A program made the translations under genes and the position numbers. From contig OZ220744.1 of assembly GCA_965116925.1 (NCBI GenBank), forward strand, positions 3,040,001 to 3,104,000: DNA of 64,000 nt. The letters run 5' to 3'. A model generated the notes under the pieces. That model was not told the origin of the DNA and searched no databases. It saw nothing but the letters and a program-made list of their open reading frames with translations. This DNA comes from Candidatus Poribacteria bacterium. GTDB lineage: Bacteria; Poribacteria; WGA-4E; PCPOR2b. This document shows positions 30,595 to 40,881 of this stretch, piece after piece; the first letter of the stretch is position 1, and every line of letters starts with the position of its first letter.

Positions 30595-30919
30595 AAGTTA
30601 CGCCCTTCAGTTTGTAGTAGCGCAATTCATTGCGCGGACGGGCGATAAATCGCTCTACTACAAACCTTTGTCCCTACTGTAGTTGCCCGATTCATCGGGC
30701 GTTGGAGATAGTGTCTTGCGGCGATAAATCGCCGAACTACAGCAGAGGCTCCATAAGGAGTCCGTAGGGAACGCAGATCTGCGTTCCCTACTGAAGTGCG
30801 TAACTCCTACAGACATTAAAAGTAGAAGTTTTTTGTACCACAATCTGTTAGATTGTGATCCCAAGCCGCAAACTAACAGTTTGCGCTACAGTGTCTCATT
30901 AATTCTAAGGTCCACTATA
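30592..30919. repeat. Cluster of a family-C element, GTAG-REP hairpins and a family-A right end
   Basis: TAGAAGTTACGC...TGCGTAACTCCTA (30592-30809), perfect palindrome 30764-30791, GTACCACAATCTGTTAGATTGTG unit also at ~37310 and ~63685. Confidence 0.75.
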
Positions 30920-30932
30920 AATCTTCTCACCG

Positions 30933-31901
30933 TCAATTGTGAGCGTCTCTACGGACGCACGCTAACAATTGCGGATGCAGCTTCCCATTCGTCGCTAAAA
31001 TCCCTCGATTGACCGTCATCCGTCTCCCCTGCGATAAATCAAGTGCCTGCCCATCGACATCCGTTACTACGCCACCAGCCTCCTCCACCACTATCATTCC
31101 AGCGGCGTGATCCCAGATACACTCACGATAATCCGGTGTCGCCGGATTTGGTAGGCGAATATAGACAGATGCCTCACCCCGCGCAAGTACCCCATATTTC
31201 CCCTGACCGTCCATCCGGATCGGCGGGGCGGTAATACCCACCTGCTGTGCGATTTGGGCGTGAGTGTCAAGGTCGCTGTGGGTGGATTCAACGCTCTCTG
31301 CAAAACGGTGTGTTGCCTGAGAGATATGAATTCGTTCTGAGTCTTGTCCATCCAACGAAAGCATCCGCGTGCCCGCTCCTCTTTCTGCGACAAAAAGACA
31401 GCCACGTCGCGCCTGCGGATCGTCCAATTTCTGCGGTAAATTCGGGCAGCCTAACACGCCAAGTTTTACCTCGCCGTTAACAATCAACGCCAGCGCAATG
31501 GCGTATTGATCGCCCCGCAAAAACCCTTTTGTGCCATCAATCGGGTCCAGCGTCCAGAAACGTTCTTCCACTTCTCCGCACCCCCGATCAATCCAATCGC
31601 GGACTGTTTGGGTTGAAGGTATCCCAGCGGAAAAGTGATCGACATATCCGGTCACACGCTGCATAAGTTGAGGGTTTTCCTGCAACGCCTGAGAATCCTC
31701 TTCGGCGACAATGGCATCTTCCGGAAATGCCTCACCAATGGCTTGACAAATTAACGCCTGAGAACCGAAATCTGCCACCGTCACAGGGCTTCGATCCGCT
31801 TTCTCCACTGCATCCGTATTTACCATGTCAGCCTGTACCCGCTGGCACAGCTGCGCTGCTCTAAAGACCGCGCTCATTGCAATTCGTTTTTCTAATACCA
31901 T
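30933..31901 (-). CDS. 3'(2'),5'-bisphosphate nucleotidase, HAL2-like
   Basis: K.DRSPVTVADFGSQA, FWTLDPIDGTKGFLRG.QYA, E.IWDHAAG. Confidence 0.92.
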   Translation of the reverse strand: MVLEKRIAMSAVFRAAQLCQRVQADMVNTDAVEKADRSPVTVADFGSQALICQAIGEAFPEDAIVAEEDSQALQENPQLMQRVTGYVDHFSAGIPSTQTVRDWIDRGCGEVEERFWTLDPIDGTKGFLRGDQYAIALALIVNGEVKLGVLGCPNLPQKLDDPQARRGCLFVAERGAGTRMLSLDGQDSERIHISQATHRFAESVESTHSDLDTHAQIAQQVGITAPPIRMDGQGKYGVLARGEASVYIRLPNPATPDYRECIWDHAAGMIVVEEAGGVVTDVDGQALDLSQGRRMTVNRGILATNGKLHPQLLACVRRDAHN

Positions 31902-31916
31902 CTGATATGTAATTTC

Positions 31917-33467
31917 TTAACCTCCGTATTCAAGGTTACGGCGTAAAATACTGCGATGTCCAAGATTGTTTTCAATGTGGTAGATGACAGTGTATGTCCC
32001 CGCTGCGGATTGAAATTTGTTAACATCAATAGTTGGAGTAAATCGCACAACCTCTGAACTGTCGTTCGGGATATCGAGACGCTGTGAGAAGGGACCGTAG
32101 CAGCGTTCACCTAACGGGTTGAGCACTTTCCATGTAACTTCGAGCCACGTTGGACGCGCATCACGACGAAGGTAAATGACAACCTCATCCCCTTCTAGAC
32201 CATCTTCGTTAAAACCAAGGACACCAAGTTCAGAGAGCATCTTGGCTGTCAGCGTTCGTGGGATATGTTCCAGATAACCTCTGCCGGGGATTGCCCGCCA
32301 AGTGCCGCCCGTTGCCCAAGCAAGCTGTTTGATGGGAAGGAAATTCAGCCCGATGACATCAACGCGAACATCTTGACGTTGTAACGTTTCGATAACCCCA
32401 TCTTGGCTATATTCCGATCTGCCATCGTAATCCGCATCGTGGAATGCCCCATCGCTCGCAAGAACGAAAAATCGTTGGGTGTTGCGTCGAAATTTGATTC
32501 TGTGTAGCGCAGCCATCAACGCATCTAATCCGGACTCGGCGAGGTCCCCACCGCCTTCAAACTTTATCTTATAAAGCCAATTTTTGAATTTACCGTGATC
32601 TGTTGTAACCCCTTGAACCTTCGGCTTTTTTTCTGTGACGTCGGCAAATGTTACCAAGCCAAAAGCTGCATCGTGTCCTGAGCGCGCGAAATGTTCAAAG
32701 AAGAGATCAATATAGGCGCGGATACCCCGAACATTGTCTTCCATGCTACCGGTCTTGTCGATGATAAAAACCAGATCAATCTCCTGAACGATTGCCGCAT
32801 CTGCCAGATTCCGGGCGAGTTCAGTCATCATCTTAATATAGTTGTCCCCCGCAGAGGTGCCCGAAGGAATGCTACCGCCCGAATTGCCGATAGGCATTCC
32901 GTCTAGTGCCTCGCCTCGTCTTCGCCCGACGCGCAACTTCGCCACACCGATCTCAGGAGAGCTTTCCGATAGATGACCGTCTCCTTCAGCCACATTGATA
33001 TTCTGATCTGCTGCCAGGGGCACCCCCTTTTCTGAAGCCTCTCTCGGCAGATTTACTGCTGTCATGGTAAGTGCTTTGGAATCTGGACGTGCTTTTGCGG
33101 ATAGTTGCGGTTGGGAAACAGGTCCAGTACCCTCCGAAGTCGGGGGCGAATCAATTTTCGACCCAATCGCTGTCCGTTGACCGGTTTCGAGTGAATCAAC
33201 CGTCAGCCAATTGGTCGTAGATGCGGGTTTTGGTTTAGGAGTGGGGGCTTCGGGAACAACCTTCGTTGGTTCGGGCGGTGGCGGCTCAACAGGCTCGGGT
33301 GGGACAACCACCGGGCGTCGGAAATGGGTGATGTCAACCTGAACAATATCATCAAAAGGCGGTAGTTGACGCTGCTCAATCTGTAAGTACATCATGATGA
33401 CTGCAACAATGAGGTGAATGATGAGCGAGCAGATTAAGGCTGGGCGAAAACTTCTGCGACGTAACAT
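31917..33467 (-). CDS. VWA domain protein with TonB-type TM anchor and Pro-rich linker
   Basis: TM with SLIIH, PPEPVEPPPPEP linker, MIDAS 'LVFIIDKTGSM', GGGD..ES.LDAL. Confidence 0.85.
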   Translation of the reverse strand: MLRRRSFRPALICSLIIHLIVAVIMMYLQIEQRQLPPFDDIVQVDITHFRRPVVVPPEPVEPPPPEPTKVVPEAPTPKPKPASTTNWLTVDSLETGQRTAIGSKIDSPPTSEGTGPVSQPQLSAKARPDSKALTMTAVNLPREASEKGVPLAADQNINVAEGDGHLSESSPEIGVAKLRVGRRRGEALDGMPIGNSGGSIPSGTSAGDNYIKMMTELARNLADAAIVQEIDLVFIIDKTGSMEDNVRGIRAYIDLFFEHFARSGHDAAFGLVTFADVTEKKPKVQGVTTDHGKFKNWLYKIKFEGGGDLAESGLDALMAALHRIKFRRNTQRFFVLASDGAFHDADYDGRSEYSQDGVIETLQRQDVRVDVIGLNFLPIKQLAWATGGTWRAIPGRGYLEHIPRTLTAKMLSELGVLGFNEDGLEGDEVVIYLRRDARPTWLEVTWKVLNPLGERCYGPFSQRLDIPNDSSEVVRFTPTIDVNKFQSAAGTYTVIYHIENNLGHRSILRRNLEYGG

Positions 33468-33525
33468 GGCGTCACCTACTTTTGTGAATTAAGGGATTTA
33501 GAAACCTCATAGGGATCCCTCATCT

Positions 33526-34275
33526 TCAGATGGATTTATCGGCTGACTTCGCGATCCGAATCCCAACGTTATGCACCATCTGTATCGGTTCATACGCTGC
33601 ACGGTTCGCACATCGTGCGGCGAATTGACCCCGTGGCACCCATGAACCGCCTCGAATGACCTTGCGCCTGCCTTCAGCTGGCCCAAAGGGATTTTCCGCC
33701 GGCGCGTATCGATAAGTCTCTGGGTGGAACCAGTCTATGCACCACTCGTAAACATTCCCGCCCATATCATAGCACCCATAAGGACTAACGCCTTCCGGAT
33801 AGCTGCCAACCGGCGTTGTTCGTTTGAGATGGCTTTCGGACGAATTCGTTTTGGCTGGATCCCATTCGTTTCCCCACGGATACTCTCGTCCATCGGTACC
33901 GCGCGCTGCTTTCTCCCATTCCGCTTCTGTTGGTAGGCGATAAGCATCGTCCCCCAATTCATTAAGATAACGCAGAAACTCCCGTGCGTCGTACCAACTG
34001 ACACCAACCACTGGACAATCCGGCGCATTGAAACGCGAATCGGTGTGAAAGCGCGGGGGATAATAGCCTGTGTCTTCCACGAATTGCGCATATTGGGCGT
34101 TAGTCACAGGGAACCTGCCAATATAGTAAGCGTTGAGTGTTACGCTACGCTGCGGTTCCTCATGGTCAGTTTTTCGTAGCCCTGTCGGAAGTGTCCCCAT
34201 GATGAATGGTCCTTCAGAGATATAGACCAATAGGTAGTTTAGCAAATCAATCGTAATCTCTTGCGGGGTTGACAT
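33526..34275 (-). CDS. Formylglycine-generating enzyme (SUMF1/FGE) family protein
   Basis: F.MG, PVTNAQY, PVVGVSW.DA, RLPTEAEWEKAARG, DMGGNVYEW, RGGSW. Confidence 0.92.
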   Translation of the reverse strand: MSTPQEITIDLLNYLLVYISEGPFIMGTLPTGLRKTDHEEPQRSVTLNAYYIGRFPVTNAQYAQFVEDTGYYPPRFHTDSRFNAPDCPVVGVSWYDAREFLRYLNELGDDAYRLPTEAEWEKAARGTDGREYPWGNEWDPAKTNSSESHLKRTTPVGSYPEGVSPYGCYDMGGNVYEWCIDWFHPETYRYAPAENPFGPAEGRRKVIRGGSWVPRGQFAARCANRAAYEPIQMVHNVGIRIAKSADKSI

Positions 34276-34354
34276 GGGAATATACTCACTCGTAATAATC
34301 CACAGCGGTTGACAGATAAAGTGTAATGCACAGAACCTAAGGCTGTGCCGCAAT

Positions 34355-34461
34355 TATGGTGAATTCTAAAAATAAATAGATACTTTCACCCCACCCCCCG
34401 GTAGGTGCGGTTTTCAACCGCACCGGTTTGGAGTGTCTCATTAATTCTAAAATCTACTATA
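34355..34461 (+). mobile_element. MITE family A, without inner insert
   Basis: TATGGTGAATT...GGTAGGTGCGGTTTTCAACCGCACC...AATCTACTATA. Confidence 0.78.
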
Positions 34462-34532
34462 AAAAAATTGTAACACCAAACAGCGGGGTGGGTCAAATGC
34501 TTTTCGAGGTTAATCACCTAAAAGCATAACTG

Positions 34533-36704
34533 TCACTTTTCTGCCTTGAGCCGCCGCCACAGAGTGGTACGGCTAATACCTAGACGTTTCGCAGCCAACT
34601 TCGGTTTACCATCACACTGTTCTAAAACCCGTTGAATTAATTCTCGCTCCAGTGCAGCGAGGGGGTTTTCGCCCATGAGTGCTAGCGTTACAATGTCGTT
34701 CTGAGGCATAATTAGCTCCGTGGGCAGATGTTTCTTTTCAATGCAATCACCCGGACACTTGACAAAAGCGTGTTCAATGATATTTTCTAACTGTCGCACA
34801 TTGCCGGGATACGGGTATTCCATTAGAATATCTAACGCTTCAGAAGAGACGTCCTGAATAAACTTCTGGGTGTGCCGATTGAATTTCTGGATAAAGTGCT
34901 CAATCAGAAGGGGAATATCATCCCGCCTTTCTCGCAGCGGCGGTAGCTGAATCGGCACGATGTTCAGCCGGTAGTAGAGATCTTCCCGGAAATCCCCTGA
35001 TTCAATTGCGGTTTTCAGATCACGATTGCTCGCAGCGATGATTCGCACGTCTACCTTTTGCGTATGAGATGACCCAACCTTCTCAAACGATCCCTCCTGC
35101 AAGACTCGCAGCAGCTTTACCTGCATGGCAGGACTTAGATCTCCGATTTCGTCCAGAAAAATTGTCCCCCTGTCCGCTATCTCAAACCGTCCCTGTCGGG
35201 TGGTTGTCGCGCCCGTATATGCTCCCTTTATATGCCCAAACAACTCACTTTCGAGGAGACTCTCTGCCAACGCTCCACAGTTGACACTCACGAACGCTTT
35301 GTCTGTCCTCTCACTTCGATGATGAATCGCCTGGGCGACTAACTCTTTGCCGGTGCCACTCTCACCCTGAATCAACACGGTTGTTGACATCGGTGCCACT
35401 TGCTGAATCAGTTCATAGATTTCCTGCATCTGTCGATTTTTACCGATGAGGTTTTCAAATGTGTAAAGACTTTTCAATTGTTCGTTGAGTGCTTTTACCT
35501 CTGAAAGATTATGGGCGAACCCTTGGATAAACCGCTCCCCGCCGTGCTCAATGCCAACCACCCGCAGCCCTAACGGTAGCATACCCCCATCTCTTTTCGA
35601 GAGCTCTGTTTCAAAGGTGACTGGCGTTCCTTGAGGGATAAGTTTCTCCAACAATTGAGATATCCGCTGAAATTCTTCGCTCCTCATCAGATTGTGCAAT
35701 GATAGGCTGGAGAGTTCCTGATGTGTGTACCCCAGCCACACACACAGATTTTCATTGACCGTCACAAACGGTTGGGAAAGAGAGGGACAGATGAAGATTG
35801 CGTCGTTGGACATCTCAAAAAGGGTGCGGTATCGCGCGTTGCTTTGTGCAAGATCGCTGACCCATCGTCCTTTCTCGATCAGGATCGAGAGTTGCCCGAC
35901 AATCTGTTTGAGAAACCCAACGTGTGCCTCCGAAAACGCTCGGGCAATTGCACTGGTAAAAAATACAACACCAATCGGCTTTCCGCTTACCTTCAGCGGT
36001 AGCGTAAGGTTTGAGCGCATGCCTTCTTCAACCATAAGCCGGGTCCAGACACTGGGTCGTTTTTCGAGAACTTCTCGAAAATCATCAATAATTCGTGCCT
36101 CTCCTGATTCCAAAACACCCTCAAGCGTTGATCCGGCAATCCGCGCTGAAAAACCGTTGTCCAAAACAATCTTGCGGTCGGATTTTGTCTTGACCTGTAC
36201 TAACCTGCCTGAAGACTCGTCGATCAGTGCAATGCCCAAACGACTGTGTGGGACAACATCCTGAAGCCCAACATAGATATTCTCAAACACCTCATCAAGT
36301 GTCTTGCCGAGGTTAATCTGTTCAAGAATCTCATAGACCGGATCGGCTGTTTCTTTTTCCTCAAAAGTAACTTTGTCCTGTTGATCCGATGATTCATCCC
36401 TAGAATCAACAGCGATCCAAATCGCTTCTCTATCAATCTGGAGCGGATACGTCTTAACGGCTGGCGTGACAACCGGGCAGCCGGTTTTCAGGTCGTACTT
36501 CCACTCATGCCAGGGACAGGTGATGCTCTCCCCGTCCAAAACGCCTTCTCCAAGTGGTCCCCCCTGATGTGGACATGTGTTATTGATGGCGTAGAATTCT
36601 CCATCGGCGTTGAATACCGCCACACGTTCGTCCCCTAGCTTAACCACTTCGCTTTCGCCAGGTTCAATCTCCGATTTTTGTGCAACTTGCATCCATCTTG
36701 TCAT
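34533..36704 (-). CDS. Sigma54-dependent enhancer-binding protein: Rieske [2Fe-2S]-GAF-PAS-AAA+-Fis HTH
   Basis: CPHQGGPL...CPWH Rieske motif, GAF and PAS segments, GESGTGKE, GAYTGA, FLDEI, PGNVRQLEN, LGISRTTLWRRLK. Confidence 0.93.
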   Translation of the reverse strand: MTRWMQVAQKSEIEPGESEVVKLGDERVAVFNADGEFYAINNTCPHQGGPLGEGVLDGESITCPWHEWKYDLKTGCPVVTPAVKTYPLQIDREAIWIAVDSRDESSDQQDKVTFEEKETADPVYEILEQINLGKTLDEVFENIYVGLQDVVPHSRLGIALIDESSGRLVQVKTKSDRKIVLDNGFSARIAGSTLEGVLESGEARIIDDFREVLEKRPSVWTRLMVEEGMRSNLTLPLKVSGKPIGVVFFTSAIARAFSEAHVGFLKQIVGQLSILIEKGRWVSDLAQSNARYRTLFEMSNDAIFICPSLSQPFVTVNENLCVWLGYTHQELSSLSLHNLMRSEEFQRISQLLEKLIPQGTPVTFETELSKRDGGMLPLGLRVVGIEHGGERFIQGFAHNLSEVKALNEQLKSLYTFENLIGKNRQMQEIYELIQQVAPMSTTVLIQGESGTGKELVAQAIHHRSERTDKAFVSVNCGALAESLLESELFGHIKGAYTGATTTRQGRFEIADRGTIFLDEIGDLSPAMQVKLLRVLQEGSFEKVGSSHTQKVDVRIIAASNRDLKTAIESGDFREDLYYRLNIVPIQLPPLRERRDDIPLLIEHFIQKFNRHTQKFIQDVSSEALDILMEYPYPGNVRQLENIIEHAFVKCPGDCIEKKHLPTELIMPQNDIVTLALMGENPLAALERELIQRVLEQCDGKPKLAAKRLGISRTTLWRRLKAEK

Positions 36705-36797
36705 TTTTTCCTCCCATGCGTGAAACGAGGTGGTAATCTTTCTTTTTTTTTATTCCCCCTTTATACCATATAATACCATTTCCTGTCAACCTCTTCT

Positions 36798-36900
36798 GTT
36801 TCAAATGTGAACAAAGTTTCAAGATGAAACGACTTTGAGGATGGTATGCCTGCATTGATGCGTTGAACGCTGACGCTCACCAGCGGTTTCAAATTGAAAC
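36798..36900. promoter_or_regulatory. Candidate upstream activator sequences, GTTTCA-N3-TGAAAC
   Basis: Perfect inverted repeats at 36816-36830 and 36886-36900, imperfect at 36798-36812, about 90-190 bp upstream of the sigma54 site. Confidence 0.7.
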
Positions 36901-36988
36901 ACTCGCAGACTCACGTGGAGAGGTCCGTTGATCAGTCATTCATGCCTGCTATCCAGCACCGGTGCAAGTTCTGCCGTTTTTAGAGATC

Positions 36989-37004
36989 TTGGCATCAAAT
37001 TTGC
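36989..37004 (+). promoter_or_regulatory. Sigma54 -24/-12 promoter TTGGCATCAAATTTGC
   Basis: GG-N10-GC in TGGCA...TTGC context, divergent from the activator gene. Confidence 0.8.
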
Positions 37005-37008
37005 CTAA

Positions 37009-37433
37009 CTAGTACACTGTCAGGCAAATTATGATTGTCTATATGGATTGAGACTCATAATACTTCGTAGGGGTCGGGTCACCCGACCCCCTTGTTGATA
37101 TGCAAAACTTATATGACTGAGTACTAGGTTCTGTTGACATTTAACGGCCCGTAGGTTGGGTTGAACGGTTAAAACCCAATCCCTATCAAGTCCAATAGAG
37201 GCTCCGTCGTTCAACGACACCTGCTTATAGACAGATAGAGTGAAACCCAACTTCGCTTTTCATCGGGGTGTCTCCTTTTCAAAACATTATTCCCTAAAAA
37301 TGGTCTTTTGTACCACGATCTGTTAGATTGTGATCCCCGTCCGCAAGCTAACAGATTGTGCTACATTTGTCAGATTCCCCGATGATTACAGCGTTTGCCG
37401 AATCAGCAGTATCAAAATGTCAACACGTCCTAG
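37009..37433. mobile_element. Two adjoining CTAG-bounded MITEs (family F 37009-37127, family E 37124-37433)
   Basis: TIRs CTAGTACACTGTCA/TGACTGAGTACTAG and CTAGGTTCTGTTGACATTT/AAATGTCAACACGTCCTAG; family F recurs at 63585-63760. Confidence 0.7.
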
Positions 37434-37706
37434 GAAACCGTAACTTCGGTTGAAACAGGAATTGTCATCTACTGGGACCGACCGAACACAGGTGCTGCCG
37501 CCGCATTGGTAGCAAAACCCGTCGAACGCAGCGTCTCAAATGCGAAAGTACCCCTGAAAACCAGAGGTGGCGAGGAGGTGAGGGGGCGAGTTTTTACCCG
37601 CTTCCTCGCTTCCACCTGATTAGAGGGTTGGCTGTGCATTGGGAGTGCCTCATTAACTCTAAGGTCCACTATAAAAACGCTGCATTTTAAGTGAGGAGTG
37701 TGCAAA

Positions 37707-39476
37707 ATGGCTGAAATGAACTCTGGCTTCATACAGTGCATTCGTGTCGAAGACATCCCCGAAGGATCTATTATCGCCGCCAATGTCGAAGGCACTTCGG
37801 TCGCCTTGACCAATAGCGAAGGAAAGATCCGTGCCGTGGACAATCGTTGCCCCCACATGGGGTATCCCCTGAGTCAAGGAACAATTCATAACGGCATTCT
37901 GATCTGCCATTGGCATCACGCACGGTTTGATCTGGAGAGTGGATGCACATTCGATCCGTTTGCAGACGATGTGCAATCGTATCCGGTTAAAATCCAAGAT
38001 GGACAAGTTTATGTCAATGTCCACCCAAACGGGGATGACCCCACCGTGCGTTGGAAACGACGTTTGAATGAAGGGCTTGAGCAGAACATCAACCTAATTA
38101 TCGCTAAGGCAGTCATCGCGCTTCGTGCATATCATGCCGCAGCGGACGATATCGTTGAGGTTGGAGCCCTATATGGTGCACATGGACGCCGCGCTGGCTG
38201 GGGTCCCGGACTGACCATCCTCACAGCGATGGCAAATGTTGTCCCGCAACTTGCAGAAGAGGACAGAGTGCTGGCACTCTATCAGGGATTACTCCATGTT
38301 TCACAGGAGGTAGCGGCTTCCCCACCGCGTGTGGAACTCACACCTCTAGAGACAGATAAACACCCAATTGAACGTCTGAAAGAATGGTTCCGATATTTCA
38401 TCGAAGTCCGTAATGCCGATGGAGCAGAGCGTACGCTGCTGACAGCGATTTCGTCCGGCGGAACGCCTGCACAGGTCTGTGATATGATGGTCGCTGCAGC
38501 GACGGATCACTTCTACCGGGATGGTGGACACACACTCGATTTTATCAACAAGAGCTTTGAAGTGCTAGGACGGATCGGTTGGGATAAGGCGAGTAAAATC
38601 CTGCCAACGCTCGCCGGTGGCCTCGCGGGTTCATCGCGGGCTGAAGAAGAGAATCGGTGGCGCAGTCCGATAGATTTTGTCCCCCTACTCAACGATTCAT
38701 TTGAAGAATTGAAAGCACTTGCAGCACAAGGGGCAGGTAAACAGTGGGAGGGTGCTGAACAACTCGTCGAAGTTTTGCTAGGTGATGATCCCTTCGCCAC
38801 AGTGGAGGCACTCAAGTCGGCGTTCAAGGAGGGAGCGACGTTGACGGAATTGACCCAGACGCTTGCCTACGCGGCGGCGATGCGGATTGCCCGTTTTCAC
38901 ACAAAAAATGAGTTCGGTGACTGGATCGCAGTGCTACACACCTACACCTACGCCAATGCGCTTCATCAGTGTGCAAAGCGTGCCCCATCATTGGAACTTG
39001 CCCGCGGTATCTTTCATGGCGCAGTGGCAATCTACTTTGATCGCTGGTTTAACATGCCAGCAGCACGGCTACCACAACACCGACGGGAGACCAATACGCT
39101 TCCAACAGACGCAGATGAACTGCTCGAGGACTTCGTGAACCTCCTCAACACGCAAGCCAGAGCGGATGAGGCGGGTATGTATCTCTACCGCTACCTCTCG
39201 CTTGGTCACCCCCGCGCCGCTATCATCCAGAAACTGGGGCACGTCCTGTTGCGCGAAGATGCCGAGTTCCACTCCTTCCAGATGCTTGAAGCTGCACTCC
39301 ATCAAATGGAGGAGTTGGATGAGGAGCGAGCCCAGATGACGCTAGTTGCAGCTGCCCGGTACTTAGCAGCACACGCACCGACCGCCCGTGCGCTACGACA
39401 GACAGCAAATCTAGCCCTACGTCTCCATCGGGGCGAGGATCTCTCCGCTGACGATCCAAATGAAGTGGTCGAGTGA
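37707..39476 (+). CDS. Rieske [2Fe-2S] domain fused to a large uncharacterised helical domain
   Basis: NRCPHMGYPL...CHWH; about 470-aa C-terminal region homologous to 41209-43056; GAGGAG RBS. Confidence 0.88.
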   Translation: MAEMNSGFIQCIRVEDIPEGSIIAANVEGTSVALTNSEGKIRAVDNRCPHMGYPLSQGTIHNGILICHWHHARFDLESGCTFDPFADDVQSYPVKIQDGQVYVNVHPNGDDPTVRWKRRLNEGLEQNINLIIAKAVIALRAYHAAADDIVEVGALYGAHGRRAGWGPGLTILTAMANVVPQLAEEDRVLALYQGLLHVSQEVAASPPRVELTPLETDKHPIERLKEWFRYFIEVRNADGAERTLLTAISSGGTPAQVCDMMVAAATDHFYRDGGHTLDFINKSFEVLGRIGWDKASKILPTLAGGLAGSSRAEEENRWRSPIDFVPLLNDSFEELKALAAQGAGKQWEGAEQLVEVLLGDDPFATVEALKSAFKEGATLTELTQTLAYAAAMRIARFHTKNEFGDWIAVLHTYTYANALHQCAKRAPSLELARGIFHGAVAIYFDRWFNMPAARLPQHRRETNTLPTDADELLEDFVNLLNTQARADEAGMYLYRYLSLGHPRAAIIQKLGHVLLREDAEFHSFQMLEAALHQMEELDEERAQMTLVAAARYLAAHAPTARALRQTANLALRLHRGEDLSADDPNEVVE

Positions 39477-39828
39477 TGGTTTCCCATTAGGATTGTACTC
39501 GTGCAACTGATTGCGCGTCTTCCATCGCTGAATCAAATCTGCTATCCGTGCTAATGTGAAAGAGTTAAATACTGGTGGGTTGTAAACTTTCTATGCTTGG
39601 GACGTTTAAATCAAAAAGGACTTACGTGGTTGAAAGTTTGAAGCCAACCCTCCTGCCCTCTCCGGCCAGAAGACCAAGCGTTTGCGCCCCTATCAGGTTG
39701 TTTTGAACGCTTGATGCAATTAGAGGCGGGTAGTTTGGTGATTCATCGTCCTTGAACACACACCTCTCGACACCCAATATCGCGGAGAAGTAAGAGATTA
39801 CAGTTCAAATTTAAGGAGACTGCATAAG

Positions 39829-40881
39829 ATGCCTTGGAAATTCTCCTGTTTCGTGATTACACTCCTCTTTGTACCTTTCCTCCTTCAATGCAAGGCTTTG
39901 CAATTGTTGGGAGAACAACCACAAACGACTCAACAGGAGGTAAATGACACCATCTCGGAGACCACTTCTCGCGTTCGGTTAATCTACTTTACACCCCAAG
40001 ACCGTCCCTTCAAGCAAAGAATTGTCGATCAGATAGAATTACAAATGGGAGTCGTACAAACTTTCTTTGCAGACCAGATGGAAGCCCACGGCTTCGGGCG
40101 GAAAACATTCGCTTTTGAAACTGATGCGAAAGGGAGAGCGATTGTGCACCGAGTCAAGGGTCAGTTCCTCGATAAACACTATCTCTATAACACAACAAAT
40201 AAGGTCGCGGCAGAAATCGGAGAACGATTTAATCTTTCAAATAATGTCTATATGATTGTTGTTGATATAAGCGGTAAGTACATTAACAGAGCTATGGGCT
40301 TTGGAAGCTCCCGCCGCGGTGGTCAATCAGGCATTCTTTGGATAGCAAAAAGCGGTTTTCAGAGCAAAACCATTGCTCATGAACTGGGACACGCCTTTGG
40401 CTTATTACACGATTTCCGCAATGAGCGATTTCTCATGTCCTACGGTTCTTTTCATCTCTCCTCAACCCGACTGGAAAAACGTCAATTGTCCAAGGAAGCT
40501 GCAGAATTTCTCGATGCCAGCCGCTTCTTTAACCCTAGCAGGACGTTCTCCAGCGAATTTCAGCCGAAAATTAAGATTATTTCCCCACTCGAGTATCCAC
40601 CGAGGGCAGAAAGCATCCGTATCATTTTCGAGTTGAGCGACCCAGATGGATTACATCAGGCACGATTTCACACTAACCCCAATATCACTGACAAAAACTT
40701 GGCGAAGTTCAGTAGAGGCTCCCCCGCATTCAAAGCAGCCAAGCGGTTAAACGGACAAGAGATGACCGTTGAGTTTGTTTACAGATTATCCAAGGTTGAC
40801 GTTCACGATCTACGGCTTCAAGTCGTGGATTCACAAGGACACTTTGGGACAAAATCATTTTCCGTCCACCTTCAAAAGTAA
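39829..40881 (+). CDS. Exported metzincin-type zinc metallopeptidase
   Basis: Signal with possible lipobox LLQC, HELGHAFGLLH, Met-turn LMSY; homologous to the N-terminus of 59706-63407. Confidence 0.8.
   Translation: MPWKFSCFVITLLFVPFLLQCKALQLLGEQPQTTQQEVNDTISETTSRVRLIYFTPQDRPFKQRIVDQIELQMGVVQTFFADQMEAHGFGRKTFAFETDAKGRAIVHRVKGQFLDKHYLYNTTNKVAAEIGERFNLSNNVYMIVVDISGKYINRAMGFGSSRRGGQSGILWIAKSGFQSKTIAHELGHAFGLLHDFRNERFLMSYGSFHLSSTRLEKRQLSKEAAEFLDASRFFNPSRTFSSEFQPKIKIISPLEYPPRAESIRIIFELSDPDGLHQARFHTNPNITDKNLAKFSRGSPAFKAAKRLNGQEMTVEFVYRLSKVDVHDLRLQVVDSQGHFGTKSFSVHLQK

Noticed and set aside
33526..34275. DGR target (FGE/C-type lectin fold)
   Set aside because: No reverse transcriptase or template repeat seen in the window
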